Positions 13,639-28,560 are shown, counted from the stretch's first letter. The stretch is DNA of 64,000 bases from Eledone cirrhosa (GCA_964016885.1 OZ024741.1:27714001-27778000), one strand, 5' to 3'. Notes: generated by a model not told the origin, from the letters alone. Numbers and translations are program-made.

Positions 13639-14244
13639 AGCTAAGAGAGAGAGAGAGAGAGTGGGAAGGGGGAGAGAGAGAGAGAGAGAGTGGCTGACCG
13701 CAACCCCTCGTGAAGAAAATGGTGGGTGAAGGGTGTATGAGCGGGATTTTTGACTTTCGAGGTAGCATGATATATATATTTAAAGTAAATTATAAGAAGT
13801 AGAATGGAAAGGATTTTGTTGTTTTTTGTTTTTTTGTTTGAGAATACGATAGAATTAGGGAATTGGAGGATACGATAGAATTAAGAATGGGAAGGATTTT
13901 GTTTTTTTGTTTGGGAATACGATGGAATTAAGGAATTTAAGGAATTGGAGAATACGATAGAATTAGCTAGCTGGAAGGTTATGAATGTTTACCAGCGAGT
14001 AACAAAAAGCAAAACTGCAAGATTTGTTCTGTTCAATACGACAAAAACACCGTATTTAAACCTTAATAAATAACAAAAAATACAGATTTCGGATTTTGCG
14101 GGATTGGATGTTTGTACGAAATTGTGGTGTGTGGAGGAGATAGGAAAAACGTGAACGTTACGATTACATGGTTACACCGTAGTAGGGGTAGTTGAAGCAG
14201 CAATTGTTTGGCGAAAGTGAATAAACATGAACGGGAATTTATCT

Positions 14245-14275
<31 letters not shown>

Positions 14276-14882
14276 AGCTAAGAGAGAGAGAGAGAGAGTG
14301 GGAAGGGGGAGAGAGAGAGAGAGAGAGTGGCTGACCGCAACCCCTCGTGAAGAAAATGGTGGGTGAAGGGTGTATGAGCGGGATTTTTGACTTTCGAGGT
14401 AGCATGATATATATATTTAAAGTAAATTATAAGAAGTAGAATGGAAAGGATTTTGTTGTTTTTTGTTTTTTTGTTTGAGAATACGATAGAATTAGGGAAT
14501 TGGAGGATACGATAGAATTAAGAATGGGAAGGATTTTGTTTTTTTTGTTTGGGAATACGATGGAATTAAGGAATTTAAGGAATTGGAGAATACGATAGAA
14601 TTAGCTAGCTGGAAGGTTATGAATGTTTACCAGCGAGTAACAAAAAGCAAAACTGCAAGATTTGTTCTGTTCAATACGACAAAAACACCGTATTTAAACC
14701 TTAATAAATAACAAAAAATACAGATTTCGGATTTTGCGGGATTGGATGTTTGTACGAAATTGTGGTGTGTGGAGGAGATAGGAAAAACGTGAACGTTACG
14801 ATTACATGGTTACACCGTAGTAGGGGTAGTTGAAGCAGCAATTGTTTGGCGAAAGTGAATAAACATGAACGGGAATTTATCT

Positions 14883-14913
<31 letters not shown>

Positions 14914-15520
14914 AGCTAAGAGAGAGAGAGAGAGAGTGGGAAGGGGGAGAGAGAGAGAGAGAGAGTGGCTGACCGCAACCCCTCGTGAAGAAAATGGTGG
15001 GTGAAGGGTGTATGAGCGGGATTTTTGACTTTCGAGGTAGCATGATATATATATTTAAAGTAAATTATAAGAAGTAGAATGGAAAGGATTTTGTTGTTTT
15101 TTGTTTTTTTGTTTGAGAATACGATAGAATTAGGGAATTGGAGGATACGATAGAATTAAGAATGGGAAGGATTTTGTTTTTTTTGTTTGGGAATACGATG
15201 GAATTAAGGAATTTAAGGAATTGGAGAATACGATAGAATTAGCTAGCTGGAAGGTTATGAATGTTTACCAGCGAGTAACAAAAAGCAAAACTGCAAGATT
15301 TGTTCTGTTCAATACGACAAAAACACCGTATTTAAACCTTAATAAATAACAAAAAATACAGATTTCGGATTTTGCGGGATTGGATGTTTGTACGAAATTG
15401 TGGTGTGTGGAGGAGATAGGAAAAACGTGAACGTTACGATTACATGGTTACACCGTAGTAGGGGTAGTTGAAGCAGCAATTGTTTGGCGAAAGTGAATAA
15501 ACATGAACGGGAATTTATCT

Positions 15521-15551
<31 letters not shown>

Positions 15552-16158
15552 AGCTAAGAGAGAGAGAGAGAGAGTGGGAAGGGGGAGAGAGAGAGAGAGA
15601 GAGTGGCTGACCGCAACCCCTCGTGAAGAAAATGGTGGGTGAAGGGTGTATGAGCGGGATTTTTGACTTTCGAGGTAGCATGATATATATATTTAAAGTA
15701 AATTATAAGAAGTAGAATGGAAAGGATTTTGTTGTTTTTTGTTTTTTTGTTTGAGAATACGATAGAATTAGGGAATTGGAGGATACGATAGAATTAAGAA
15801 TGGGAAGGATTTTGTTTTTTTTGTTTGGGAATACGATGGAATTAAGGAATTTAAGGAATTGGAGAATACGATAGAATTAGCTAGCTGGAAGGTTATGAAT
15901 GTTTACCAGCGAGTAACAAAAAGCAAAACTGCAAGATTTGTTCTGTTCAATACGACAAAAACACCGTATTTAAACCTTAATAAATAACAAAAAATACAGA
16001 TTTCGGATTTTGCGGGATTGGATGTTTGTACGAAATTGTGGTGTGTGGAGGAGATAGGAAAAACGTGAACGTTACGATTACATGGTTACACCGTAGTAGG
16101 GGTAGTTGAAGCAGCAATTGTTTGGCGAAAGTGAATAAACATGAACGGGAATTTATCT

Positions 16159-16189
<31 letters not shown>

Positions 16190-16795
16190 AGCTAAGAGAG
16201 AGAGAGAGAGAGTGGGAAGGGGGAGAGAGAGAGAGAGAGAGTGGCTGACCGCAACCCCTCGTGAAGAAAATGGTGGGTGAAGGGTGTATGAGCGGGATTT
16301 TTGACTTTCGAGGTAGCATGATATATATATTTAAAGTAAATTATAAGAAGTAGAATGGAAAGGATTTTGTTGTTTTTTGTTTTTTTGTTTGAGAATACGA
16401 TAGAATTAGGGAATTGGAGGATACGATAGAATTAAGAATGGGAAGGATTTTGTTTTTTTGTTTGGGAATACGATGGAATTAAGGAATTTAAGGAATTGGA
16501 GAATACGATAGAATTAGCTAGCTGGAAGGTTATGAATGTTTACCAGCGAGTAACAAAAAGCAAAACTGCAAGATTTGTTCTGTTCAATACGACAAAAACA
16601 CCGTATTTAAACCTTAATAAATAACAAAAAATACAGATTTCGGATTTTGCGGGATTGGATGTTTGTACGAAATTGTGGTGTGTGGAGGAGATAGGAAAAA
16701 CGTGAACGTTACGATTACATGGTTACACCGTAGTAGGGGTAGTTGAAGCAGCAATTGTTTGGCGAAAGTGAATAAACATGAACGGGAATTTATCT

Positions 16796-16826
<31 letters not shown>

Positions 16827-17438
16827 AGCTAAGAGAGAGAGAGAGAGAGTGGGAAGGGGGAGAGAGAGAGAGAGAGAGAGAGAGTGGCTGACCGCAACCC
16901 CTCGTGAAGAAAATGGTGGGTGAAGGGTGTATGAGCGGGATTTTTGACTTTCGAGGTAGCATGATATATATATTTAAAGTAAATTATAAGAAGTAGAATG
17001 GAAAGGATTTTGTTGTTTTTTGTTTTTTTGTTTGAGAATACGATAGAATTAGGGAATTGGAGGATACGATAGAATTAAGAATGGGAAGGATTTTGTTTTT
17101 TTGTTTGGGAATACGATGGAATTAAGGAATTTAAGGAATTGGAGAATACGATAGAATTAGCTAGCTGGAAGGTTATGAATGTTTACCAGCGAGTAACAAA
17201 AAGCAAAACTGCAAGATTTGTTCTGTTCAATACGACAAAAACACCGTATTTAAACCTTAATAAATAACAAAAAATACAGATTTCGGATTTTGCGGGATTG
17301 GATGTTTGTACGAAATTGTGGTGTGTGGAGGAGATAGGAAAAACGTGAACGTTACGATTACATGGTTACACCGTAGTAGGGGTAGTTGAAGCAGCAATTG
17401 TTTGGCGAAAGTGAATAAACATGAACGGGAATTTATCT

Positions 17439-17469
<31 letters not shown>

Positions 17470-18072
17470 AGCTAAGAGAGAGAGAGAGTGGGAAGGGGGA
17501 GAGAGAGAGAGAGAGAGTGGCTGACCGCAACCCCTCGTGAAGAAAATGGTGGGTGAAGGGTGTATGAGCGGGATTTTTGACTTTCGAGGTAGCATGATAT
17601 ATATATTTAAAGTAAATTATAAGAAGTAGAATGGAAAGGATTTTGTTGTTTTTTGTTTTTTTGTTTGAGAATACGATAGAATTAGGGAATTGGAGGATAC
17701 GATAGAATTAAGAATGGGAAGGATTTTGTTTTTTTTGTTTGGGAATACGATGGAATTAAGGAATTTAATGAATTGGAGAATACGATAGAATTAGCTAGCT
17801 GGAAGGTTATGAATGTTTACCAGCGAGTAACAAAAAGCAAAACTGCAAGATTTGTTCTGTTCAATACGACAAAAACACCGTATTTAAACCTTAATAAATA
17901 ACAAAAAATACAGATTTCGGATTTTGCGGGATTGGATGTTTGTACGAAATTGTGGTGTGTGGAGGAGATAGGAAAAACGTGAACGTTACGATTACATGGT
18001 TACACCGTAGTAGGGGTAGTTGAAGCAGCAATTGTTTGGCGAAAGTGAATAAACATGAACGGGAATTTATCT

Positions 18073-18103
<31 letters not shown>

Positions 18104-18710
18104 AGCTAAGAGAGAGAGAGAGAGAGTGGGAAGGGGGAGAGAGAGAGAGAGAGAGTGGCTGACCGCAACCCCTCGTGAAGAAAATGGTGGGTGAAGGGTG
18201 TATGAGCGGGATTTTTGACTTTCGAGGTAGCATGATATATATATTTAAAGTAAATTATAAGAAGTAGAATGGAAAGGATTTTGTTGTTTTTTGTTTTTTT
18301 GTTTGAGAATACGATAGAATTAGGGAATTGGAGGATACGATAGAATTAAGAATGGGAAGGATTTTGTTTTTTTGTTTGGGAATACGATGGAATTAAGGAA
18401 TTTAAGGAATTGGAGAATACGATAGAATCAGCTAGCTGGAAGGTTATGAATGTTTACCAGCGAGTAACAAAAAGCAAAACTGCAAGATTTGTTCTGTTCA
18501 ATACGACAAAAACACCGTATTTAAACCTTAATAAATAACAAAAAATACAGATTTCGGATTTTGCGGGATTGGATGTTTGTACGAAATTGTGGTGTGTGGA
18601 GGAGATAGGAAAAACGTGAACGTTACGATTACATGGTTACACCGTAGTAGGGGTAGTTGAAGCAGCAATTGTTTGGCGAAAGTGAAATAAACATGAACGG
18701 GAATTTATCT

Positions 18711-18741
<31 letters not shown>

Positions 18742-19347
18742 AGCTAAGAGAGAGAGAGAGAGAGTGGGAAGGGGGAGAGAGAGAGAGAGAGAGTGGCTGA
18801 CCGCAACCCCTCGTGAAGAAAATGGTGGGTGAAGGGTGTATGAGCGGGATTTTTGACTTTCGAGGTAGCATGATATATATATTTAAAGTAAATTATAAGA
18901 AGTAGAATGGAAAGGATTTTGTTGTTTTTTGTTTTTTTGTTTGAGAATACGATAGAATTAGGGAATTGGAGGATACGATAGAATTAAGAATGGGAAGGAT
19001 TTTGTTTTTTTGTTTGGGAATACGATGGAATTAAGGAATTTAAGGAATTGGAGAATACGATAGAATTAGCTAGCTGGAAGGTTATGAATGTTTACCAGCG
19101 AGTAACAAAAAGCAAAACTGCAAGATTTGTTCTGTTCAATACGACAAAAACACCGTATTTAAACCTTAATAAATAACAAAAAATACAGATTTCGGATTTT
19201 GCGGGATTGGATGTTTGTACGAAATTGTGGTGTGTGGAGGAGATAGGAAAAACGTGAACGTTACGATTACATGGTTACACCGTAGTAGGGGTAGTTGAAG
19301 CAGCAATTGTTTGGCGAAAGTGAATAAACATGAACGGGAATTTATCT

Positions 19348-19378
<31 letters not shown>

Positions 19379-19984
19379 AGCTAAGAGAGAGAGAGAGAGA
19401 GTGGGAAGGGGGAGAGAGAGAGAGAGAGAGTGGCTGACCGCAACCCCTCGTGAAGAAAATGGTGGGTGAAGGGTGTATGAGCGGGATTTTTGACTTTCGA
19501 GGTAGCATGATATATATATTTAAAGTAAATTATAAGAAGTAGAATGGAAAGGATTTTGTTGTTTTTTGTTTTTTTGTTTGAGAATACGATAGAATTAGGG
19601 AATTGGAGGATACGATAGAATTAAGAATGGGAAGGATTTTGTTTTTTTGTTTGGGAATACGATGGAATTAAGGAATTTAAGGAATTGGAGAATACGATAG
19701 AATTAGCTAGCTGGAAGGTTATGAATGTTTACCAGCGAGTAACAAAAAGCAAAACTGCAAGATTTGTTCTGTTCAATACGACAAAAACACCGTATTTAAA
19801 CCTTAATAAATAACAAAAAATACAGATTTCGGATTTTGCGGGATTGGATGTTTGTACGAAATTGTGGTGTGTGGAGGAGATAGGAAAAACGTGAACGTTA
19901 CGATTACATGGTTACACCGTAGTAGGGGTAGTTGAAGCAGCAATTGTTTGGCGAAAGTGAATAAACATGAACGGGAATTTATCT

Positions 19985-20015
<31 letters not shown>

Positions 20016-20621
20016 AGCTAAGAGAGAGAGAGAGAGAGTGGGAAGGGGGAGAGAGAGAGAGAGAGAGTGGCTGACCGCAACCCCTCGTGAAGAAAATGGT
20101 GGGTGAAGGGTGTATGAGCGGGATTTTTGACTTTCGAGGTAGCATGATATATATATTTAAAGTAAATTATAAGAAGTAGAATGGAAAGGATTTTGTTGTT
20201 TTTTGTTTTTTTGTTTGAGAATACGATAGAATTAGGGAATTGGAGGATACGATAGAATTAAGAATGGGAAGGATTTTGTTTTTTTGTTTGGGAATACGAT
20301 GGAATTAAGGAATTTAAGGAATTGGAGAATACGATAGAATTAGCTAGCTGGAAGGTTATGAATGTTTACCAGCGAGTAACAAAAAGCAAAACTGCAAGAT
20401 TTGTTCTGTTCAATACGACAAAAACACCGTATTTAAACCTTAATAAATAACAAAAAATACAGATTTCGGATTTTGCGGGATTGGATGTTTGTACGAAATT
20501 GTGGTGTGTGGAGGAGATAGGAAAAACGTGAACGTTACGATTACATGGTTACACCGTAGTAGGGGTAGTTGAAGCAGCAATTGTTTGGCGAAAGTGAATA
20601 AACATGAACGGGAATTTATCT

Positions 20622-20654
<33 letters not shown>

Positions 20655-21261
20655 AGCTAAGAGAGAGAGAGAGAGAGTGGGAAGGGGAGAGAGAGAGAGA
20701 GAGAGAGTGGCTGACCGCAACCCCTCGTGAAGAAAATGGTGGGTGAAGGGTGTATGAGCGGGATTTTTGACTTTCGAGGTAGCATGATATATATATTTAA
20801 AGTAAATTATAAGAAGTAGAATGGAAAGGATTTTGTTGTTTTTTGTTTTTTTGTTTGAGAATACGATAGAATTAGGGAATTGGAGGATACGATAGAATTA
20901 AGAATGGGAAGGATTTTGTTTTTTTGTTTGGGAATACGATGGAATTAAGGAATTTAAGGAATTGGAGAATACGATAGAATTGGCTAGCTGGAAGGTTATG
21001 AATGTTTACCAGCGAGTAACAAAAAGCAAAACTGCAAGATTTGTTCTGTTCAATACGACAAAAACACCGTATTTAAACCTTAATAAATAACAAAAAATAT
21101 AGATTTCGGATTTTGCGGGATTGGATGTTTGTACGAAATTGTGGTGTGTGGAGGAGATAGGAAAAACGTGAACGTTACGATTACATGGTTACACCGTAGT
21201 AGGGGTAGTTGAAGCAGCAATTGTTTGGCGAAAGTGAATAAACATGAACGGGAATTTATCT

Positions 21262-21292
<31 letters not shown>

Positions 21293-21898
21293 AGCTAAGA
21301 GAGAGAGAGAGAGAGTGGGAAGGGGGAGAGAGAGAGAGAGAGAGTGGCTGACCGCAACCCCTCGTGAAGAAAATGGTGGGTGAAGGGTGTATGAGCGGGA
21401 TTTTTGACTTTCGAGGTAGCATGATATATATATTTAAAGTAAATTATAAGAAGTAGAATGGAAAGGATTTTGTTGTTTTTTGTTTTTTTGTTTGAGAATA
21501 CGATAGAATTAGGGAATTGGAGGATACGATAGAATTAAGAATGGGAAGGATTTTGTTTTTTTGTTTGGGAATACGATGGAATTAAGGAATTTAAGGAATT
21601 GGAGAATACGATAGAATTAGCTAGCTGGAAGGTTATGAATGTTTACCAGCGAGTAACAAAAAGCAAAACTGCAAGATTTGTTCTGTTCAATACGACAAAA
21701 ACACCGTATTTAAACCTTAATAAATAACAAAAAATACAGATTTCGGATTTTGCGGGATTGGATGTTTGTACGAAATTGTGGTGTGTGGAGGAGATAGGAA
21801 AAACGTGAACGTTACGATTACATGGTTACACCGTAGTAGGGGTAGTTGAAGCAGCAATTGTTTGGCGAAAGTGAATAAACATGAACGGGATTTTATCT

Positions 21899-21929
<31 letters not shown>

Positions 21930-22535
21930 AGCTAAGAGAGAGAGAGAGAGAGTGGGAAGGGGAAGAGAGAGAGAGAGAGAGTGGCTGACCGCAACCCCTC
22001 GTGAAGAAAATGGTGGGTGAAGGGTGTATGAGCGGGATTTTTGACTTTCGAGGTAGCATGATATATATATTTAAAGTAAATTATAAGAAGTAGAATGGAA
22101 AGGATTTTGTTGTTTTTTGTTTTTTTGTTTGAGAATACGATAGAATTAGGGAATTGGAGGATACGATAGAATTAAGAATGGGAAGGATTTTGTTTTTTTG
22201 TTTGGGAATACGATGGAATTAAGGAATTTAAGGAATTGGAGAATACGATAGAATTAGCTAGCTGGAAGGTTATGAATGTTTACCAGCGAGTAACAAAAAG
22301 CAAAACTGCAAGATTTGTTCTGTTCAATACGACAAAAACACCGTATTTAAACCTTAATAAATAACAAAAAATACAGATTTCGGATTTTGCGGGATTGGAT
22401 GTTTGTACGAAATTGTGGTGTGTGGAGGAGATAGGAAAAACGTGAACGTTACGATTACATGGTTACACCGTAGTAGGGGTAGTTGAAGCAGCAATTGTTT
22501 GGCGAAAGTGAATAAACATGAACGGGAATTTATCT

Positions 22536-22566
<31 letters not shown>

Positions 22567-23171
22567 AGCTAAGAGAGAGAGAGAGAGTGGGAAGGGGGAG
22601 AGAGAGAGAGAGAGAGTGGCTGACCGCAACCCCTCGTGAAGAAAATGGTGGGTGAAGGGTGTATGAGCGGGATTTTTGACTTTCGAGGTAGCATGATATA
22701 TATATTTAAAGTAAATTATAAGAAGTAGAAAGGAAAGGATTTTGTTGTTTTTTGTTTTTTTGTTTGAGAATACGATAGAATTAGGGAATTGGAGGATACG
22801 ATAGAATTAAGAATGGGAAGGATTTTGTTTTTTTTGTTTGGGAATACGATGGAATTAAGGAATTTAAGGAATTGGAGAATACGATAGAATTAGCTAGCTG
22901 GAAGGTTATGAATGTTTACCAGCGAGTAACAAAAAGCAAAACTGCAAGATTTGTTCTGTTCAATACGACAAAAACACCGTATTTAAACCTTAATAAATAA
23001 CAAAAAATACAGATTTCGGATTTTGCGGGATTGGATGTTTGTACGAAATTGTGGTGTGTGGAGGAGATAGGAAAAACGTGAACGTTACGATTACATGGTT
23101 ACACCGTAGTAGGGGTAGTTGAAGCAGCAATTGTTTGGCGAAAGTGAATAAACATGAACGGGAATTTATCT

Positions 23172-23202
<31 letters not shown>

Positions 23203-23808
23203 AGCTAAGAGAGAGAGAGAGAGAGTGGGAAGGGGGAGAGAGAGAGAGAGAGAGTGGCTGACCGCAACCCCTCGTGAAGAAAATGGTGGGTGAAGGGTGT
23301 ATGAGCGGGATTTTTGACTTTCGAGGTAGCATGATATATATATTTAAAGTAAATTATAAGAAGTAGAATGGAAAGGATTTTGTTGTTTTTTGTTTTTTTG
23401 TTTGAGAATACGATAGAATTAGGGAATTGGAGGATACGATAGAATTAAGAATGGGAAGGATTTTGTTTTTTTGTTTGGGAATACGATGGAATTAAGGAAT
23501 TTAAGGAATTGGAGAATACGATAGAATTAGCTAGCTGGAAGGTTATGAATGTTTACCAGCGAGTAACAAAAAGCAAAACTGCAAGATTTGTTCTGTTCAA
23601 TACGACAAAAACACCGTATTTAAACCTTAATAAATAACAAAAAATACAGATTTCGGATTTTGCGGGATTGGATGTTTGTACGAAATTGTGGTGTGTGGAG
23701 GAGATAGGAAAAACGTGAACGTTACGATTACATGGTTACACCGTAGTAGGGGTAGTTGAAGCAGCAATTGTTTGGCGAAAGTGAATAAACATGAACGGGA
23801 ATTTATCT

Positions 23809-23839
<31 letters not shown>

Positions 23840-24445
23840 AGCTAAGAGAGAGAGAGAGAGAGTGGGAAGGGGGAGAGAGAGAGAGAGAGAGTGGCTGACC
23901 GCAACCCCTCGTGAAGAAAATGGTGGGTGAAGGGTGTATGAGCGGGATTTTTGACTTTCGAGGTAGCATGATATATATATTTAAAGTAAATTATAAGAAG
24001 TAGAATGGAAAGGATTTTGTTGTTTTTTGTTTTTTTGTTTGAGAATACGATAGAATTAGGGAATTGGAGGATACGATAGAATTAAGAATGGGAAGGATTT
24101 TGTTTTTTTGTTTGGGAATACGATGGAATTAAGGAATTTAAGGAATTGGAGAATACGATAGAATTAGCTAGCTGGAAGGTTATGAATGTTTACCAGCGAG
24201 TAACAAAAAGCAAAACTGCAAGATTTGTTCTGTTCAATACGACAAAAACACCGTATTTAAACCTTAATAAATAACAAAAAATACAGATTTCGGATTTTGC
24301 GGGATTGGATGTTTGTACGAAATTGTGGTGTGTGGAGGAGATAGGAAAAACGTGAACGTTACGATTACATGGTTACACCGTAGTAGGGGTAGTTGAAGCA
24401 GCAATTGTTTGGCGAAAGTGAATAAACATGAACGGGAATTTATCT

Positions 24446-24476
<31 letters not shown>

Positions 24477-25082
24477 AGCTAAGAGAGAGAGAGAGAGAGT
24501 GGGAAGGGGGAGAGAGAGAGAGAGAGAGTGGCTGACCGCAACCCCTCGTGAAGAAAATGGTGGGTGAAGGGTGTATGAGCGGGATTTTTGACTTTCGAGG
24601 TAGCATGATATATATATTTAAAGTAAATTATAAGAAGTAGAATGGAAAGGATTTTGTTGTTTTTTGTTTTTTTGTTTGAGAATACGCTAGAATTAGGGAA
24701 TTGGAGGATACGATAGAATTAAGAATGGGAAGGATTTTGTTTTTTTGTTTGGGAATACGATGGAATTAAGGAATTTAAGGAATTGGAGAATACGATAGAA
24801 TTAGCTAGCTGGAAGGTTATGAATGTTTACCAGCGAGTAACAAAAAGCAAAACTGCAAGATTTGTTCTGTTCAATACGACAAAAACACCGTATTTAAACC
24901 TTAATAAATAACAAAAAATACAGATTTCGGATTTTGCGGGATTGGATGTTTGTACGAAATTGTGGTGTGTGGAGGAGATAGGAAAAACGTGAACGTTACG
25001 ATTACATGGTTACACCGTAGTAGGGGTAGTTGAAGCAGCAATTGTTTGGCGAAAGTGAATAAACATGAACGGGAATTTATCT

Positions 25083-25113
<31 letters not shown>

Positions 25114-25719
25114 AGCTAAGAGAGAGAGAGAGAGAGTGGGAAGGGGGAGAGAGAGAGAGAGAGAGTGGCTGACCGCAACCCCTCGTGAAGAAAATGGTGG
25201 GTGAAGGGTGTATGAGCGGGATTTTTGACTTTCGAGGTAGCATGATATATATATTTAAAGTAAATTATAAGAAGTAGAATGGAAAGGATTTTGTTGTTTT
25301 TTGTTTTTTTGTTTGAGAATACGATAGAATTAGGGAATTGGAGGATACGATAGAATTAAGAATGGGAAGGATTTTGTTTTTTTGTTTGGGAATACGATGG
25401 AATTAAGGAATTTAAGGAATTGGAGAATACGATAGAATTAGCTAGCTGGAAGGTTATGAATGTTTACCAGCGAGTAACAAAAAGCAAAACTGCAAGATTT
25501 GTTCTGTTCAATACGACAAAAACACCGTATTTAAACCTTAATAAATAACAAAAAATACAGATTTCGGATTTTGCGGGATTGGATGTTTGTACGAAATTGT
25601 GGTGTGTGGAGGAGATAGGAAAAACGTGAACGTTACGATTACATGGTTACACCGTAGTAGGGGTAGTTGAAGCAGCAATTGTTTGGCGAAAGTGAATAAA
25701 CATGAACGGGAATTTATCT

Positions 25720-25750
<31 letters not shown>

Positions 25751-26356
25751 AGCTAAGAGAGAGAGAGAGAGAGTGGGAAGGGGGAGAGAGAGAGAGAGAG
25801 AGTGGCTGACCGCAACCCCTCGTGAAGAAAATGGTGGGTGAAGGGTGTATGAGCGGGATTTTTGACTTTCGAGGTAGCATGATATATATATTTAAAGTAA
25901 ATTATAAGAAGTAGAATGGAAAGGATTTTGTTGTTTTTTGTTTTTTTGTTTGAGAATACGATAGAATTAGGGAATTGGAGGATACGATAGAATTAAGAAT
26001 GGGAAGGATTTTGTTTTTTTGTTTGGGAATACGATGGAATTAAGGAATTTAAGGAATTGGAGAATACGATAGAATTAGCTAGCTGGAAGGTTATGAATGT
26101 TTACCAGCGAGTAACAAAAAGCAAAACTGCAAGATTTGTTCTGTTCAATACGACAAAAACACCGTATTTAAACCTTAATAAATAACAAAAAATACAGATT
26201 TCGGATTTTGCGGGATTGGATGTTTGTACGAAATTGTGGTGTGTGGAGGAGATAGGAAAAACGTGAACGTTACGATTACATGGTTACACCGTAGTAGGGG
26301 TAGTTGAAGCAGCAATTGTTTGGCGAAAGTGAATAAACATGAACGGGAATTTATCT

Positions 26357-26387
<31 letters not shown>

Positions 26388-26993
26388 AGCTAAGAGAGAG
26401 AGAGAGAGAGTGGGAAGGGGGAGAGAGAGAGAGAGAGAGTGGCTGACCGCAACCCCTCGTGAAGAAAATGGTGGGTGAAGGGTGTATGAGCGGGATTTTT
26501 GACTTTCGAGGTAGCATGATATATATATTTAAAGTAAATTATAAGAAGTAGAATGGAAAGGATTTTGTTGTTTTTTGTTTTTTTGTTTGAGAATACGATA
26601 GAATTAGGGAATTGGAGGATACGATAGAATTAAGAATGGGAAGGATTTTGTTTTTTTGTTTGGGAATACGATGGAATTAAGGAATTTAAGGAATTGGAGA
26701 ATACGATAGAATTAGCTAGCTGGAAGGTTATGAATGTTTACCAGCGAGTAACAAAAAGCAAAACTGCAAGATTTGTTCTGTTCAATACGACAAAAACACC
26801 GTATTTAAACCTTAATAAATAACAAAAAATACAGATTTCGGATTTTGCGGGATTGGATGTTTGTACGAAATTGTGGTGTGTGGAGGAGATAGGAAAAACG
26901 TGAACGTTACGATTACATGGTTACACCGTAGTAGGGGTAGTTGAAGCAGCAATTGTTTGGCGAAAGTGAATAAACATGAACGGGAATTTATCT

Positions 26994-27024
<31 letters not shown>

Positions 27025-27630
27025 AGCTAAGAGAGAGAGAGAGAGAGTGGGAAGGGGGAGAGAGAGAGAGAGAGAGTGGCTGACCGCAACCCCTCGTGAA
27101 GAAAATGGTGGGTGAAGGGTGTATGAGCGGGATTTTTGACTTTCGAGGTAGCATGATATATATATTTAAAGTAAATTATAAGAAGTAGAATGGAAAGGAT
27201 TTTGTTGTTTTTTGTTTTTTTGTTTGAGAATACGATAGAATTAGGGAATTGGAGGATACGATAGAATTAAGAATGGGAAGGATTTTGTTTTTTTGTTTGG
27301 GAATACGATGGAATTAAGGAATTTAAGGAATTGGAGAATACGATAGAATTAGCTAGCTGGAAGGTTATGAATGTTTACCAGCGAGTAACAAAAAGCAAAA
27401 CTGCAAGATTTGTTCTGTTCAATACGACAAAAACACCGTATTTAAACCTTAATAAATAACAAAAAATACAGATTTCGGATTTTGCGGGATTGGATGTTTG
27501 TACGAAATTGTGGTGTGTGGAGGAGATAGGAAAAACGTGAACGTTACGATTACATGGTTACACCGTAGTAGGGGTAGTTGAAGCAGCAATTGTTTGGCGA
27601 ATGTGAATAAACATGAACGGGAATTTATCT

Positions 27631-27661
<31 letters not shown>

Positions 27662-28267
27662 AGCTAAGAGAGAGAGAGAGAGAGTGGGAAGGGGGAGAGA
27701 GAGAGAGAGAGAGTGGCTGACCGCAACCCCTCGTGAAGAAAATGGTGGGTGAAGGGTGTATGAGCGGGATTTTTGACTTTCGAGGTAGCATGATATATAT
27801 ATTTAAAGTAAATTATAAGAAGTAGAATGGAAAGGATTTTGTTGTTTTTTGTTTTTTTGTTTGAGAATACGATAGAATTAGGGAATTGGAGGATACGATA
27901 GAATTAAGAATGGGAAGGATTTTGTTTTTTTGTTTGGGAATACGATGGAATTAAGGAATTTAAGGAATTGGAGAATACGATAGAATTGGCTAGCTGGAAG
28001 GTTATGAATGTTTACCAGCGAGTAACAAAAAGCAAAACTGCAAGATTTGTTCTGTTCAATACGACAAAAACACCGTATTTAAACCTTAATAAATAACAAA
28101 AAATACAGATTTCGGATTTTGCGGGATTGGATGTTTGTACGAAATTGTGGTGTGTGGAGGAGATAGGAAAAACGTGAACGTTACGATTACATGGTTACAC
28201 CGTAGTAGGGGTAGTTGAAGCAGCAATTGTTTGGCGAAAGTGAATAAACATGAACGGGAATTTATCT

Positions 28268-28298
<31 letters not shown>

Positions 28299-28560
28299 AG
28301 CTAAGAGAGAGAGAGAGAGAGTGGGAAGGGGGAGAGAGAGAGAGAGAGAGTGGCTGACCGCAACCCCTCGTGAAGAAAATGGTGGGTGAAGGGTGTATGA
28401 GCGGGATTTTTGACTTTCGAGGTAGCATGATATATATATTTAAAGTAAATTATAAGAAGTAGAATGGAAAGGATTTTGTTGTTTTTTGTTTTTTTGTTTG
28501 AGAATACGATAGAATTAGGGAATTGGAGGATACGATAGAATTAGGAATGGGAAGGATTTT
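11414..28560 (-). repeat. Tandem array of ~637-bp units, ~26.9 copies, nearly identical
   Basis: gctagctggaaggttatgaatg recurs 27 times (about 11415, 12053, 12691 ... 27352, 27989); the last unit is truncated at 28560. Confidence 0.98.
11662..11700 (-). promoter_or_regulatory. Putative TATA + Inr core promoter in the first monomer, repeated in every unit
   Basis: Minus strand TATAAGA (T at 11698) lies 30 nt upstream of the A in TTCACTT (11668); (CT)n and (CA)n tracts upstream. Confidence 0.55.

Larger units (their letters stand above)
7576..28558 (-). mobile_element. RTE LINE copy B, full length, including 17-kb tandem 5' array
   Basis: (GAT)n tail at 7576, 3'UTR, APE+RT ORF, 5'UTR and array; the whole block interrupts the CR1 with a TTC overlap. 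Confidence 0.9.

Noticed and set aside
17257-22629. ORFs inside the 637-bp unit
   Set aside because: Extended only in units with microsatellite length variants; low complexity; no counterpart in the 546-bp monomer.
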